Below are positions 26,182 through 40,155 of a DNA stretch of 64,000 nt, one piece after another. Every line of letters starts with the position of its first letter. Position 1 is the first letter of the stretch. The stretch lies in the NCBI RefSeq assembly GCF_006345805.1, contig NC_043005.1:90458001-90522000 (forward strand), written 5' to 3'. The notes under the pieces are model-generated. The model was not told the DNA's origin. It saw only the letters and a list, made by a program, of their open reading frames with translations, and ran no database searches. This stretch comes from Octopus sinensis (taxonomy: Eukaryota). Made by a program: the position numbers and the translations under genes.

Positions 26182-26462
26182 ATATGAATTAGAGATAAAA
26201 GCACTATTATGCAACTCAAACAGTGATAGACATAAACCAATACATAAGTAACCATTATATATATAATTAATATAATATATAAAATATATTTATATATATA
26301 TTTTTTAGATTATATTATAAAAATAAATAAAATTAAATATATATATATATAAATATATTTTATATATTATATTAATTATATATATTATTTGTTATTTATG
26401 TATTGGTTTATGTCTATCACTGTTTGAGTTGCATAATAGTGGTTTTATCTCTAATTCATATA
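26182..26462. repeat. ~280-bp AT-rich palindrome / fold-back
   Basis: ATATGAATTAGAGATAAAAGCACTATTATGCAACTCAAACAGTGATAGACATAAACCAATACATAA at 26182 pairs with TTATGTATTGGTTTATGTCTATCACTGTTTGAGTTGCATAATAGTGGTTTTATCTCTAATTCATAT ending ~26461. Confidence 0.85.
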
Positions 26463-27645
26463 TGCTGCACAAGTTGTCTTGGGAGAAGAAATTCTCCTTA
26501 TAGACAAGATGAGTGTCAACACAGCAATCAGGTCGTCATGGATGACATTGCAGGATTGTAGGACACATGCGTTTCTGTTTCGGTACATTTCATTAACTTT
26601 ATATACCAAGTTGTTGTTCATGGTTATAAGAACTGGTTGCTCATATATTAGAATAACAAATGGTACATTTAGTGTATTGGAGCGCAAAAAGCTTTGTCAA
26701 GCTGGAATTAATTAAAGATGCACTAAGCAACATTTCGTGTTGCTCCAGTCCACTCAGCTGATAAAAATGAGTAACCTTGCAACAGGTGGCAGAATCTGTA
26801 ATGCCAAAGAAACCAGTCCTAGGCTCCTTACAAAATAACATGAACAAACCATAAGCAGCATCGAATGCCATACAGTTATGTACAATCATATCTAACATGT
26901 TTGAATATACACAAACATGTTAAATATAATTGTACACACTAGTATACTTATTTATTTTGTAATGGTTTAGCGTTGAAGGAGGGTATGTCCAATAATGACC
27001 CTCAGAGTCTCTCTGAGATTGAAGATGTTTGATGCTTTGAACAACTGCAAGAAGATGGCCATATGAAACACACGAGAGAGATGAAAATTACAGAAGGATA
27101 ACATTCTGGGGAGGAAGGACTGGGATAAAGTAGTTTGTGTCGGACCTGGAGAATGGACACGATATGGTTGTTGAAAAATTAAAAGTATCGTTCGTTTTCA
27201 AGGAACAGAAGCCTTGTAATAATAAAAGAAGAAGGAAGAATGAAGAGAAGGTATACTTGTAGTTGCAGGCTAATTATATCCTATGTGGTTCCATTGAGAT
27301 ATTTACCAAAATATTGGTATTTTAGAAAATGTTTATCTGACATCCTATTAAGGATGCCTTCTCGTATGTCCGGCTGTTTTCCTAGAAATTCATTCTAATG
27401 TTTAATATTCTACGAACAAAAAAAATGAGGTACAAATTTTTTATCAGTGACAGAAAAAAGAGAAAGGAAGGAAAGAAAGAAAAAAAATGTGTGCATTGAA
27501 TTCTAGAGTACAGAGTACAAGTAAACCTGGAAATGCTAAGATAAATATGGTGTGTCTCATTCCATGTTAAAACCTGATTTTTGACATCTGCATTTTAAAA
27601 ATAAATATGGTAAGTGAAAAAATAGTAACAAGTAGCAGCAGCAGC

Positions 27646-27681
<36 letters not shown>

Positions 27682-28265
27682 TGTTGTTGTTGTTGTTGTT
27701 TAGTTCCAAGTCAGATCTGAACTAACAATCTTAGGACAAAAAGAGTTCCAGCCATTGTGATCTCATTTTTTTTCCTTCAGACTACATTATATAATCTGTC
27801 CTTTTTGTAAGAGAGTGAGGGATATCAGGGAACATGCAAATGCTGGAACAGGAACAGACATGTCCTTAGACAAGATCAAGAGAGCAATTGTCTGGTGGCA
27901 CTAAAATGGCAGTCTTTGGGGGGGGGGGGAGAACAACAGGGAACCCTAAAATCACACGGTGAAGGACGATTGACAAGGAAAGGGGACAAGAAAGGTGGAG
28001 AAGCTGGAATGACACTAGAACAATGGCAGAAAACAGAGGTGATTGTAGAGATCATGTTGCAACTTTATGTACCTCGTGGCATGGAGAGGTGTAACAAACT
28101 AATTAACACCAACAGGTAATAATTCCTATGGTGCATGGAGAACATCAAGAACCCACACCATGACATTTCCATTGATTATTATGTCTCTGATAGATCTGAA
28201 CATGAAGATCTGGCCAGTGTTGTCTTTTATCTTTTATCAATAGAGAACATCTCCTTCCTTTTGGC

Positions 28266-28517
28266 CAATGGTTCTCAACTGGGTCCTTATGACCCTTGGG
28301 GTCCACATAAGATTTTGTTGTTAAAATTTAGTAGCAATAAGTTGTTTATACCTCTTTAATACACTAAGTATTTCAACATTTTTTATACACTTCCTCATAA
28401 ATATTTCATTATAAAAATATAATGGGATTTTTTTAAACATTGACTGCTTATTAGGGTCCAGTAGAATAAAATAGGAACCAACAGGCTCCATAGAAAAAGA
28501 ATGGTTGAGAACCACTA
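28266..28517. mobile_element. hAT/Charlie-like MITE
   Basis: CAATGGTTCTCAAC ... GTTGAGAACCACTA imperfect TIRs; flanks CTTTTGGC / CTTTAGAC resemble a degenerate 8-bp TSD. Confidence 0.55.
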
Positions 28518-29134
28518 CTTTAGACGATGTGTGTTTATAACATGGGATTCTTCAGTGTGGAGGTGCATGGCTTCGTGGTTAGGGTATTCAGCTCATTACT
28601 GTAAGGTCATGAGTTCGATTCCTAGTAATATGTTGTGTCCTTGAGCAAGACACTTCATTTCACCTTGCTCCAGTCCCCTCAGCTGGCCAAAATAAATTGT
28701 ACCTATATTTCAAAAGGCCAGCCTGGTCACATTTTGGATCATGCTAAATCTTCCTGAGATCTACATTAAGGGTACACATGTCTGTGGGGTGCTCAGCCAC
28801 TTGCACATTAATTTCATGAGAAGGCTGTTCCATTGATCGAATCAGTTGGAACCCTTGTCATCGTAACCAACAGAATATAAGAAAGAAAAAAAAGAAAAAA
28901 CAAGAAAACAAAAGGATTTTTGTGACCTCATGGTGTCACGGCCCTATTGTGTCACTCCAATGTCAAACCACAGTGGACCAATGCATGGTGATGTCTGCCA
29001 GACAGATAAGGATTTATGTGATGCAAGCAGAACAGTGAGAAGCCAAACAATGGTTATTTTCATGAATTTCTTTAATTCGTATCATTGTTGCTGCTGTGTA
29101 GGCAAACATGACACTTATGGTATACTCTTTTTTT

Positions 29135-29338
29135 TTACTCTTTTACTTATTTCAGTCATTTGACTGTGGCCATGCTGGAGCACCACCTTGAATCGAGCAA
29201 ATTTTTTTGTAAGCATAGTACATATTCTATCAGTCTCTTTTGCTGAACTGCTAAGTTACGGGGACGTAAACACACCAGCATCGGTGGTCAAGCGATGTTG
29301 GAGGGACAAAAACAGACACACAAACATATACACACACA

Positions 29339-29420
<82 letters not shown>

Positions 29421-29590
29421 TATATATGATGGGCTTCTTTCAGTTTCTGTCAACCAAATCCACTCACAAGGCTTTGGTCGACCTCAGGCTATAGTAGAAG
29501 ACACTTGCCCAAGGTACCACACAGTGGGACTGAACCTAGAACCATGTGGTTGGTAAGCAAGCTACTTACCACACAGCCAATCCTATGCCT
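29135..29590 (-). mobile_element. SINE family A
   Basis: Reverse copy with (CA)n(TA)n centre. Confidence 0.8.
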
Positions 29591-30395
29591 ATGGTATGTT
29601 GGCTGTTGGTCAAATAAAGCATGACTTAGAGATGTCTTGCTCCAGACATCCTCTGCCTCTGATCAGCTGCCTGCCTACTTCATGCTCCAACAAACAGGGT
29701 TGAATCATATACGATGCAGTTTGACAATCTGCACATGTTGCACTCTCACCTGACTCAGTCTCCTTCTCTGCTTATAAATCCTGGATGAGATAGCCTTGGT
29801 CACACTGCAGCTGCTGTTGTTCTATTTACTTAAGTTTAACAACGTTTCCCAGCGCAGTTCTTGGCATTGGTCAGTGATCCTTTCCACCATTGCTCAACTA
29901 AAATTAGCAACTAAATCTCCTCCAACATTCACCTTATGCTTTATTTAAAGCCAATGAACCATCATCATCATCATCATCATCAAATATATCAATTTATGCA
30001 TTAATATAGAAATGGAGAAAATTAATGAGATGGGTAATATCTATGAATCCCACCATTACTTACTCCCATACTGCTGTATTATCCCAAGAAAATGTTGGTA
30101 CTATAGTGAAAAATCAGTGCTAAACAGGGTAGCGTTTTCTTCAGACATATCATCATCACCACTAACATCAACATCAACACCAACACTACCATTAACAACA
30201 ACAATGACACCAAGACCATCATCATTATTGTCATCTTTTAACAACCCTCTTCCATGATGTCATGCGCTGGATGGTTTACAGGAACTGACAGGTCTAAGGT
30301 CGACATTGTCCTCCAATGTCTGCTTTGGCATCGTTTCTAAGATCAAGCCCTTCACAGAGTGTACTGGGTGTTTTTTTTTGTTTTTTTTTTGTCAT

Positions 30396-30812
30396 AGGTG
30401 TAGGAGTGGCTGTGTGGTAAGTAGCTTGCGTACCAACCACATGGTTCTGGGCACAGTCCCATTGTGAGGCACTTGGGCAACAAGCTTCTTCTATAATCTC
30501 AGGCTGACCAAAGCCTTGTGAGTGGTTTTGGTAGACGGAAACTGAAAGAAGCCCGTCGTATAAATGTATATATATATGTGTGTGTGTGTATGTATGTTTG
30601 TGTGTCTGTGTTTGTCCCCCTGAACATCGCTTGACAATCAATGCTGGTGTGTTTACGTCCTCGTAACTTAGCGATTCAGTGAAAGAGACCAATAGAATAA
30701 GTACTAGGCTTACAAAGAATAAGTCCTGGGGTCAATTTGCTCGACTAAAAGGTGGTGCTCCAGCATGGCCACAGTCAAATGACAGAAACAAGTAAAAGAG
30801 AGTAAAAGAGAG
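30396..30812 (+). mobile_element. SINE family A
   Basis: Forward full-length copy ending AAGTAAAAGAGAGTAAAAGAG; inverted relative to 29135-29590. Confidence 0.8.
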
Positions 30813-33800
30813 TATGGCATCACTGGATGAAATAGATGTGAGTATATTATGTCAGAAAAGAAAATGAGTCACAACTTGGATGCCGGTTTAACGATGAGAA
30901 TTCAATGCTCAGGCATGGTGAAAGAAATATTTGGTCCAAGTTTACAATCCAAAAGTGACAACCCTGCATAAAAGAAACTTTAAGCATCAGTAGCATCATT
31001 CACTTCACAATGAATGAGATGTGATATTCCTTTCTTTGACTTTTTCATAATCATCATTGTTTTAAAGTTCACATTTCCATGCCATTGTACGTCAAACGGA
31101 ATTTTTTACATCTGGGTGCCCTTCCTGTCACCAACCCTCACATGTTTCCGAGCAAAAGTAATTTATTAAAATATTATGTTATTATGGTGTTGGGAAGGGC
31201 ATCCAGCTGTAGAAACTCTGCCAGATCAAGATTGGAACCTGGTGCAACCATCTGGTTCACCAGTCCTCAGTCAAATCGTCCAACCATGCTAGTATGGAAA
31301 GCAGATGTTAAACGATGATGATGATGTTAATCAGAAAGCCGTTGCTGGTTTAAATACTTTGAAACTGAAGCAGTGAAAAGAAAGTGTAATAACATATTGC
31401 AGTTTAATAACCTGTTAATAATTGAGCTCTTGAAAGCAGTGAGCTGACACAATCATATATATTTCATTTCTCTAAATGGATAAATCTGAACAGTCTGGTT
31501 TCAGTGAACCGTATAGCCATTGTACATTCTGAGTCTTCTAGTTCAATTTTCTAACTCAAATAGGAGTCCCATGAATAAAAGCTGTCCAGCCATGACCATC
31601 TCATCAAGTTGTGATATATATTGTACTATATTATCCAATACGGTCTTTTTTTTTTTTCCAAGATGTGAGAGTGTGAGCTGAAGAAGATTTGCTGCTACTT
31701 CTAGCCAGATGGGTTTCTGCACAGAGACTGCCATGTCAGTTTGACTCAAAGAGGAATTCTTTTGTTGTGGTTCTCAATATATTATGGAACCTGTTGCATT
31801 TCTATGTAATTCTTTTGTTTGAAATATCATGTCATAAAGAAGGTAATTGTAAGCTACTAAGCCAGCCCTGTCTGTAATCTGGTTTCACTTCTCACTTAGA
31901 AATGTATTTCACTTATCATACAGGGGAGAGTCACTAGAACATTGGATATACTGCCTTGTGGTAGTTGTTCAAATCTTACCAAGATCAACTTTGCCCTTCA
32001 TCCTTTTGGGTTAAAATACATAATGGATGGCTTCAGTTTCTACTCACAACGTATAGGTCAAGTCATGTCTACAGCCAAATGCATCCGTGCAGTGGCACCC
32101 AACTCTTAACCATGTGGTTCTGAACCTCTTAACTACACAGCCATGATTGTCCTTTCTTATCCCAAGGAGATGCCAGATTGTATTTGGTCTGCTTCTTTGT
32201 GTTCACAGTTCAAATCCTGTCGTAGCCTAGACTTAATCTAGTTTGTTTTTGCTTTAACCCCCACCACCTGTCTCATGGGTGCTTTCAGTGGAGTCTACTT
32301 TGTAACCAATATTCAGACCCGGTTTCCTAATGGTCACAATAGGACACAAACAGCGGCCAAAAGCCAGTTGGTCCCTGCTACGTTCAAATGCAGATATACA
32401 GATAGTTTATGCTACAAAAGGTTTAACTTTGATTAATCACAGTGATCGTGTCGTTTTTTCGAGAACTACATATCTAGGACTACTTTATTCAATGTATCCC
32501 TCAGTTTTCAAGATAATTCAAGGGAGATTTGGTTGCTATTTCGAGGAGATTGAATGACCATGAAGAACTGCCTTCATTGGTTCAAGATCATCTACCTTTC
32601 ACGAAAAAGGTGTTTTAACGTCTATGAAGATTATTTGTGATATATAAATTCAACGTATTTTTATCACAAGGGCCAGCCTGATCACATTCTGGGTCACGCT
32701 AAATTTAACGTATTGATATGGAGGTCAGTTCGGAGGCTGAGTGCTGCGACCTACTTTTGTGATCTGACGTCAGGGAGACGGGTAGGCCTTTTGTCCTGTC
32801 GGTTTTTGGGGAGGTTTATGTATTCGGAAGAGACCTTTAACCTTGTTCCGGTCAAGGAAGGGTCGAGAAACCACCCCTTTAAAAACACGACGCGCTGGAG
32901 TTTTTGCGGTCAGTCGGTGAGGCAGTCGAGAACAGAGGAGTTGACAACAGGGTAGCTGGCGTGAGAGACAGGAGTGATGCAGACGGTCAGCCAAGAAGGT
33001 GGCGATGGCGAAGGCAACTACATCGTTGAGAAGGACAGACAGACAATGAGAGGTTGAGAAAGACAGGCAGATAGGATTAAGGAGCTGGGAGAGATTACGG
33101 CGAGAAGGCATGGCTATTCGTAGTGGGAGTTTGTAAACGAAGAAACTTGCGGTTTGTGTCTTTTGTTTATGTTTTGATGTGTTAAAGAAAAAGAATTGAT
33201 GTGGTGAAAAAAAAGAGTTGTTAAAGAAAAAAAGAATTGAAAAGAGAGGAGGAAGAAGTACTGAATTAAGGAAAAGAGAAATGTAAAAGAAATTAGATTG
33301 TGAAAAGAACTGTGTCGTTGAGTTGTGTTGAAAAAGAAAGAGAAAGACTTTAATGTGATTTGAACATTAATGTATTGAATTGAACTGTTGTCTCCGGACT
33401 GTATATTGTATCTGTTGCTTTCTTGCATGTTATTTTCTTTAATGTATATGATATGTATCACATTGTATTTGATGTCGTAATTGTTATAAACTGTTCTTAA
33501 ATGTAGCCAATTGCCTCCGCCGTCTCTCTATCTCTTCCTGCGGTTGTTGTTGTTGTTATCTCCGGTCGCCGGTTCGAGTTCGCTGCTACCTTCCCCCTCT
33601 TTCCGTGGCGAATCCCCCGATCAACTGGGCCGGTGTAATAGTCGTCGCTCGACTTGGTAGGGTCCCGGGTTCGAGTTGGGCGACGGCAGGTGGTTCGCAA
33701 CAGTATTTTTTATCACAAGGGACATCAAGAAGTGTTTGATTCACATAAACGTTCCTTTGGTAGCTCACTAGTTTACCTCGGCTGGTTAAATAACAATTAC

Positions 33801-34277
33801 CAATAGCTAAATAGTATATTTAGTTGTTGTTAATCAGAATTAATAATCAAGAATTATGTTCATTCTGCCCGAAGATACGATGAAACATTAGTGAGCTGAA
33901 TTACCCATATCGTAATCACTAAGATAATGAAAAAAAGTAATACTGAACGCACATTCGTAAATTTGTGCATCTTATGGGGAAGTTTATGAATCACGATACT
34001 TCAAACAAGTTGCGAAAAGTCGAATGTTTTCGTAAATAACGTCGCTATAAGTTGGAAGAGAAAACATAAAAACATACTAGATAGAATTCCCCGGAGTTTA
34101 CAAAAATTCTTTTGGATAGTGTTTCATTGTTTATAGAATTAGTCTTGTTAATTATAGGCTCCCTCATTGGTTCATAAAGCGTTATTTAAGTTATATTTGC
34201 GGTACAGTATACCGAATGTCCACAAAAATGTTAAGGTGTGCAGGTGTGTTATGTCTATTATTATTATTATTTTTTTT

Positions 34278-34545
34278 AATAATAATAATAATAATAATAA
34301 TAATGAAATTATTGTATGCAGTGCTCAGGTGCACCACAACTTGTCAAAAGTGTGTATAAAGCATATGCAGTAATGTACAAATGTCTTGAAAGTGAACAGT
34401 GTATGAGTCAGATACATGCTTGCGTGTGTATGGAGGGGAGAAATCAGGTGTAGTGTTGGCGAATCCCAGGAAGCATGGAAGTTTTGAAGGATGCAGTGCT
34501 CCGACAACTGATGCTGGCAGTTTGTTCCATGTTTCAGCAACTCTT
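34278..34545 (-). mobile_element. 3' end of a CR1-like LINE (5'-truncated)
   Basis: Reverse complement reads AGAGTTGCTGAAACATGGAACAAACTGCCAGCATCAGTTG...GTTGTGGTGCACCTGAGCACTG...(ATT)n, homologous to the end of the 45.5-49.9 kb element. Confidence 0.8.
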
Positions 34546-34841
34546 AAAAATATACTATAGAGCGGTAATTAACTAAGTTTAATTAACGTCGTAAATTTGG
34601 TAAATGTTGCATGTTGTTTCTATGTGGTGCCTTCCGTTTTGTGCTGGAAATTGTTTTGTCCAGATTCGATGACTTTTTATGACATCATTGCGTTTATCTG
34701 CCGTGCTATTTTTGTTCAAGGAATTTATTTCTTATCGGCTAAATGGGGGGGCGGGCAATTACACAATTGGTTAAATTAACACAGGCAGAAGATAATCCTG
34801 CCCTTTGTCAAGTGCTTTGTAGTTTATTCTACAAGAGAAGC

Positions 34842-34849
34842 TATATAAG
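34842..34849 (+). promoter_or_regulatory. Candidate TATA box of the PHOSPHO-like gene
   Basis: TATATAAG ~165 nt upstream of the ATG at 35007, followed by a relatively GC-rich, non-repetitive 5'UTR-like stretch. Confidence 0.4.
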
Positions 34850-35006
34850 TCGACCAAGGCCTCACCACGCCAAAATCCTTCAGTTCTAACAGGTAGCTGA
34901 CGAAATCAAGGGAGATAAGTCTCATTGTCTCCGACGAAGAATCCCTCACCGCTGCTGCTGCTGCTATTGTCAGTCTCTTGTCAACACGAGAACCACCACC
35001 ACCACT

Positions 35007-35042
35007 ATGTGCGAAGCTCCGACACAAGCGTTGCCTAATAAG
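35007..35042 (+). CDS. PHOSPHO1/2-like phosphatase, first coding exon (predicted)
   Basis: ACTATG start (A at -3); MCEAPTQALPNK then AAG|GTAATT donor in phase 0, matching the phase-0 acceptor at 42063. Confidence 0.65.
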
Positions 35043-36774
35043 GTAATTTAATAACCACATAGTTATTGTTGTTGTTACTACTACTATTATTATTATTTAT
35101 TATTTACTACTATTGTGGTTTTCAACAGTTCCGTGCAGTCTCCTACTGTTCTATTATTATAGGTGCACCTCTGTGTTCCAGGTGCGTGAAGCATTGTGCT
35201 TTCTGGGGGAAAGATGTAGAATTATATTTACATGTTACATTGTTTCACATTGCAAAGCAGATTTGATGTTTCGTCTGATTCTCATGTTACTTCGATGCCT
35301 CATCTGTTTGTTGTGCGGACTATGTGCTGCTACGTGGGTTGTGTTCGGACGGTGGTTGCTTCGTGTGTTTTCAGTGTCTGGACGTGATTGTGCTGTAGAG
35401 TTATGTTGTGTGTACGTTCAGGTTGGCAGAATCGTTCGAGAGCGTCAAACAAAATATCTGGCGGGATTCAGTTACGACCCTTTACATTCTGAGTTCAAAT
35501 CCCGCCGATGTCCTCTTTGTCTTTTATCCTTCTGAATTGATAAAATATAATATCAGTTAAATACTAGGATCGGCTCCTCTGACTGCCTTATCCAAATAGT
35601 TTCTGGCCGCGTGCCTTGGTTAGGAATTATTATTATTGTAAATAATAAAGAAATCACTATCACAATAAAGCAATTCCTTAACTTAGAGATAATAATAATA
35701 ATAATAGTCCTCGTCATTATTATTATTATTATTTTGTGCAGAAATTCTCATGTTTAGCCGGCAAAACCTAAATTCACCCAGGAGACGATGTACCTAATTT
35801 GAATGACAATTTGTTTTCTTTTATCAATTCCTTTTTCTTACATGAAACATTTAATTTTTGTAACTAAAGCAAATAGAAATAAGGCAAGAATTTTCCTGCA
35901 TTCGAACGATGACAACATATGTTGTTCGTTACCAAATTGGTCTAACAATATATCAGTTGTATTAAAAATGTCAACGTTTAACATTTGCACTTTAAATCAT
36001 TCGCTCGACCTGTTAGAAACAGTAAACATATGACCCACAAAGCACACTCGACCACCGATTTAAATAAGGAAAGATATATTGGGTAAAGCAGTGATAGACA
36101 TACCTCTAGAATACTGAGTGTTTACGCATGGAATATATATATATTTATATATATTGCATCGTAGGTTTGGTCAGTCAAGGTTGGCTTGAGGGCTTAACTA
36201 CAACGTGTAAAAAGCGTTATGTGACCAACTTATACTCGCGCTTTTAATTTCGTTATAAAAGTACGGAGACCTTAACACGAACAACTAATTGATTCTATAC
36301 ACAAACTATCGAAATAATAATTCTTGAAACCAGTAAACAGCTCGCAGTATCTGATATTCGAATGACGAAAAATAGTGTTCTGGTGTCTCATAGAATACTT
36401 TAGGTACCCATCACTACTCACCTTATATCTTTTTTATCTAGAGAAATAAGAGTTTTAGGTCAAAATCTGTTTTGTATGTGATTAGTTTTTTGTTTGTTTA
36501 TTTTATATACAGGGGCTTTTTAGAATAAACAACGCATTTCCAAACTTAATGATGCAGAGGAGGAGTAAGAAGCTTTGTATTTTTAGTAGTGTAATTTGAT
36601 GTGAGGATCGTGCTTTCAGTAATTGCTTATTTCTCATTGACTTGAACTTGTACCAGGGATTCTTGTAATTGTTTCGCTGATTATTTAACCACTGAACTAC
36701 GGCGTCCATAAATGGGTCCTTTTAAATATGATGTCTCTCTTCCTCTCTCTCTCTCTCTCTTTATATATATATAT

Positions 36775-37997
36775 ATTGGGTCATCCCATCAACGATGCGA
36801 TAGTTTTTCAACTGCATGAACTGAAAGTCGGAGGGGGATGGGTTAAACTACCTGCATCAACTTACTACAAAAGCAGGTAGTAATTTTACCTTCTACTTAT
36901 TCTTAGTGCAAGTTTTAAAGAGTGCAGTTCGATTTTAACAGTTATTTTTTTCAAAATTATAATGGAAGTGACTAAGGGGCATATTTGGTATATTTTGCAT
37001 TATGAGTTCAAAAAAAGCAACAACACAAAGTGCGGGGAATATTAATACAGTATATGGGGATCGGACAATAAGCGTAAACCTGTGTCAATGGTGGTTTCAG
37101 AAATTATGAGCCAGAAGCTACAGCCTAAAAGACGAGCTGCATCCTGGAAGATCTGTAGGATGTCCTGCAAACCCTGATGGAACAAAATACCATCATAAGT
37201 GGAGAAGAACTAGCAGAGAAGCTTGGATTTGGTCATTCAACCATTCATCGACACCTGCGTGCCATCGGAGAAGCCAGCAAATTGGGTCAGTGGGTTCCTC
37301 ACAAACTTTCCGAGTCTAATCGCATGCAGAGACTAAATGTGTGCTCTTCTTTGCTGTCACGTCTCACAAATGAACCTTTCTTGGACCAAATAGTGACTGG
37401 TGATGAGAAATAGGTTTTCTATATAAATGTCAAGCATCAAAGACAGTGGGTCAGGAAGGAGAAACACCAGCACCCCAGGTTAAAGAAAGTCTTCACCCAC
37501 ATAAGGTGATGTTATTTGTTTGGTGAGATATGAAAGTTTTAGTCCACTTTGAACTTTTAAATCCAAACCAAATGATAACAAAGAAGATCTACTGTGAGTG
37601 GCATAAGTCAGCGCAAGAAGAAAAACAACCATCTTTGGTTTCAAGATGAAAGGTGTTCTTTCATCAGTATAATGCATGACCACAAACAGCGAGGATGACA
37701 TTCCAAAGACTGGAGCAGCTTGAAGAGGAAATAATGCCCTGCCCACCATAGACGCTGGACATTTTCCCATCTGATTATCATTTATTCCACAATCTTCAAA
37801 ATCATTTGGACAGGAAAAATATGAATTCTGTTGATGAGCTCAGAAGAGTAATAGAGGAGTATTTTTTATCACAGACAAGTGAATTTTGGAAGAGAGGCCT
37901 TGCAAGTCTACCAGATAGATGGAAGAGCATTGTAGAAATGGAAGGAGAGTATATTTTAGATTAAAAAAGAAGAAAAATGAAAGAAGTATAAAAAACC
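36775..37997 (+). mobile_element. Decayed mariner (DD34D-type) transposon inside the phosphatase intron
   Basis: Starts TA|TTGGGTCATCCCAT. Fragments MEVTKGHIWYILHYEF, WVPHKLS, IVTGDEK and degenerate PP*TLDISPSDYHLF (YSPDLAPSDYHLF); right TIR largely lost. Confidence 0.85.
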
Positions 37998-38041
37998 ACA
38001 TGTGTGTGTATATATATACATATATACACACACATACATAC

Positions 38042-38073
<32 letters not shown>

Positions 38074-40121
38074 CACATACACACATACATACTGTGTGTG
38101 TGTGTATATATATATATATAATATATATATATATATACACATACATATACATACATATTGTGTGTATTATCATCATTTAATGGCCACCCTCCATGCTTGC
38201 ATGGGTGGGATGGTTTCACAAGAGCCAGCCAGGCAGAAGCTTGCACCTGACTTCTGTGACTGTTTTGGCAGGATTTTACAGCTGGATGCCTTTCTGGACA
38301 CCAATCACTTTACCGTGTGGACTGGGTGCTTTTAAGTGGTACCTGCACTGACAAGATCACCAGGTACTTGCAAGACAAAAAAAAATTTCAAGAGGGGAGG
38401 AAGCATTGGAGGAGGTGATCTTGTGTTGGATGGTGAAAGGTTATAGTGAGACAGATACAGGTGTCTTATCTGGCCAGAGAGATAGAGAGAGAGATCAGAA
38501 ATGAAGATAGAAACAGGTGTGCTACCGCAAAGGAAATACGTGGTTACTCAACCTGAGGGATGTGTAGGAGAAGGAGAGAAGGAGACAGCAGGATAGAGAT
38601 GGTGGCAAAATGCTGGGCATACAAGGGACAGGGATCAGAATATAAATGGGATGGTTGAGTAAAGGAAGAGAGAGATATATAGATGGTGGCAAGTGCCAGG
38701 GCATACCTTTGAGGTCTGATCACCATAATATAAGTGACAGGATATTGTGAAGGGAGTGTGATTAAAGAGTGCAAGTAAGTGGCGAAAATCCTGGCTATGT
38801 ATTGAGGGCTACCGGAAAGCAATGATACAGAGGGATAAGGCTGTGAGGACAGGATTGCGGAGTGTGAACTAGGCATAGTGTATGAAGGAGGAAATGTGAG
38901 GAAGAGAAGAGATGTGGAGATTTAGATTGGTTTGCTGAGGTAAGGTGAAGGAAAAGTTTTCTTGTTATATGTGGGTGGAACACACAGGTTGGGGGCTAGA
39001 AGATAGCTATAATACAGTGAGACAGGGAAGTGGGTGGAACAGACAGATTAGGGGCTAGTGGAGAGCAATAATACAGTGGCACAGGGCCAAGAGGACAGAA
39101 AAGGGGAGTTGGCAGTAAGCATAGTGCATGAAGCAGAAATGTGAGGAGAAGAGATGTAGTTTGATTTATTGTAGTAGAGTGTGTGAGAAGTTTTCTTGTT
39201 AAGTGTGGGTGGGACACATAGCACTTCTAGAACTCAGTTTTACTGATGTGGGTTGGTCTTCTCAAGAATTTCATATCGCCAGATATCTCGGTCCATTGTC
39301 ATTTCCTCCGTGAGGCCCAACTTCCTGAGGTGTATATGTATGTATGTATGTGTATATATATATATAGGGGGGAGAATTCACAAAAAAAACAAAAGACGAA
39401 GACATGTGGTTTAGACAACAAACAGATGTATTAGTATAACGCTTGGGAAGTGAAAATGTCCTCAACATTTTGAGCCTATGCTCTTCCACAGAAAGGAACA
39501 CAGAAAGAAACAAGGAAAGAAAATAAAGAATGTGTAGTGGCTAGAGATCTATCATGGTGAATGCCAGACAGAAAGGTCACACAGGAGAGCTAGGGAGAAG
39601 GGGAGATAATAAAGTAGTGGTGATCCCAAAACGAAGGTGCACGTGCGTATGTATAAGAGAGTTTGTATGTATGTGTGGAAGAGGGCTGGTGATCTTGACC
39701 TGTGCGTGTGTGTATGTGTTGGTGTGGAAATGTGGGTCTGGGTAGTGGTTAGTGCTGATGTGTGCGTGGTGGTATGTTGTGATGCGTTGTGGTGTGATGG
39801 TGTTGGGAGGGGAGAGTGGTAGGGGTCAGCTAATTGCTTCACCACATACCGAATTTAGAAATAGGAGTTAAAAATTCCTTTTCTACTACTGTAAGAATCT
39901 CCACGACAGTAACACACATTTTTACGTAGGCAAAGAGAAAAACAATGAATCAACACGACTCCGATTAGCCACAGACACGTTTCGAGATTAAAGTGTTTTT
40001 AATTACTTCTCTCTTCAGTGTAACATTTCCAATTATAAAATTTGAAAATGCTAGGGGATGAATATGCACACAATCGAGTGACATCATGCAACAGATATCC
40101 AACCCTTTTATTATTAATTTG

Positions 40122-40155
<34 letters not shown>

